Virus record (IMG/VR): IMGVR_UViG_3300030060_006317
Location: 6,196 to 70,195 of that record
From: a virus
Strand: one strand, 5' to 3'
Length of the DNA: 64,000 nt
In this document: piece after piece, positions 63,918 through 64,000 of the stretch
How the letters are laid out: the number at the start of each line of letters is the position of its first letter
Numbering within the stretch: position 1 is the stretch's first letter
Notes under the pieces: model-generated
What the model saw: only the letters and a program-made list of their open reading frames with translations
The model's database searches: none
What the model was told of the DNA's origin: nothing
Program-made: the position numbers and the translations under genes

Positions 63918-64000
63918 TACAAATCGGAGACCTCGTAAAGAGCCAACTCACTGGTAGGATTGGCATTGTCACTCGTTATATTCAAGGAGACCCAACCTAC
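63914..64000 (+). CDS. SH3/KOW-like cassette gene (partial), duplicate of 62299-62457
   Basis: MIQIGDLVKSQLTGRIGIVTRYIQGDPTY... Confidence 0.7.
   Translation, partial: MIQIGDLVKSQLTGRIGIVTRYIQGDPTY

Noticed and set aside
58838-64000. Diversity-generating retroelement or classical integron
   Set aside because: No reverse transcriptase or tyrosine integrase in the window, no attC-like palindromes, and the duplicate differs at one site only.
1-64000. Alternative genetic code or prophage context
   Set aside because: Genes are full length under the standard code, all three stops are used, and no host genes or integrase are seen.

Overview
This window is 64 kb of a large AT-rich contractile-tailed dsDNA bacteriophage (distantly T4-like myovirus, probably uncultured). 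Essentially all genes are on the + strand. 1-16.8 kb is the neck/tail/baseplate module (gp13/14/15-like, sheath, two tube-like genes, tail chaperone pair with a likely frameshift, tape measure, baseplate). 16.8-58 kb holds replication, nucleotide-metabolism, repair and proteostasis genes: short PolA, tubulin/FtsZ-like, HNH, gp32-like SSB, MORC-type ATPase, RecA, GuaC, PMM, 5'-3' exonuclease, DnaB, class II RNR, ThyX, UvsE, DnaE, dUTPase, ClpP, amidase, GroEL/ES, J-domain, glutaredoxin and a trypsin-like protease. These are interspersed with late-motif-preceded proteins sharing an N-terminal MK(L/I)T..LKQIIKEEL leader. 58.2-58.7 kb is a non-coding repeat region with divergent promoters (origin/terminus candidate). 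58.7-64 kb is an array of ~50-60 aa SH3/KOW-like mini-genes joined by a conserved ~33-bp dual-coding junction, with repeated promoter modules and one near-exact cassette duplication, which is the best candidate for an undescribed cassette-shuffling system. No tRNA, rRNA, CRISPR array or integrase was recognised. All product calls come from motif recognition by eye, not database searches.
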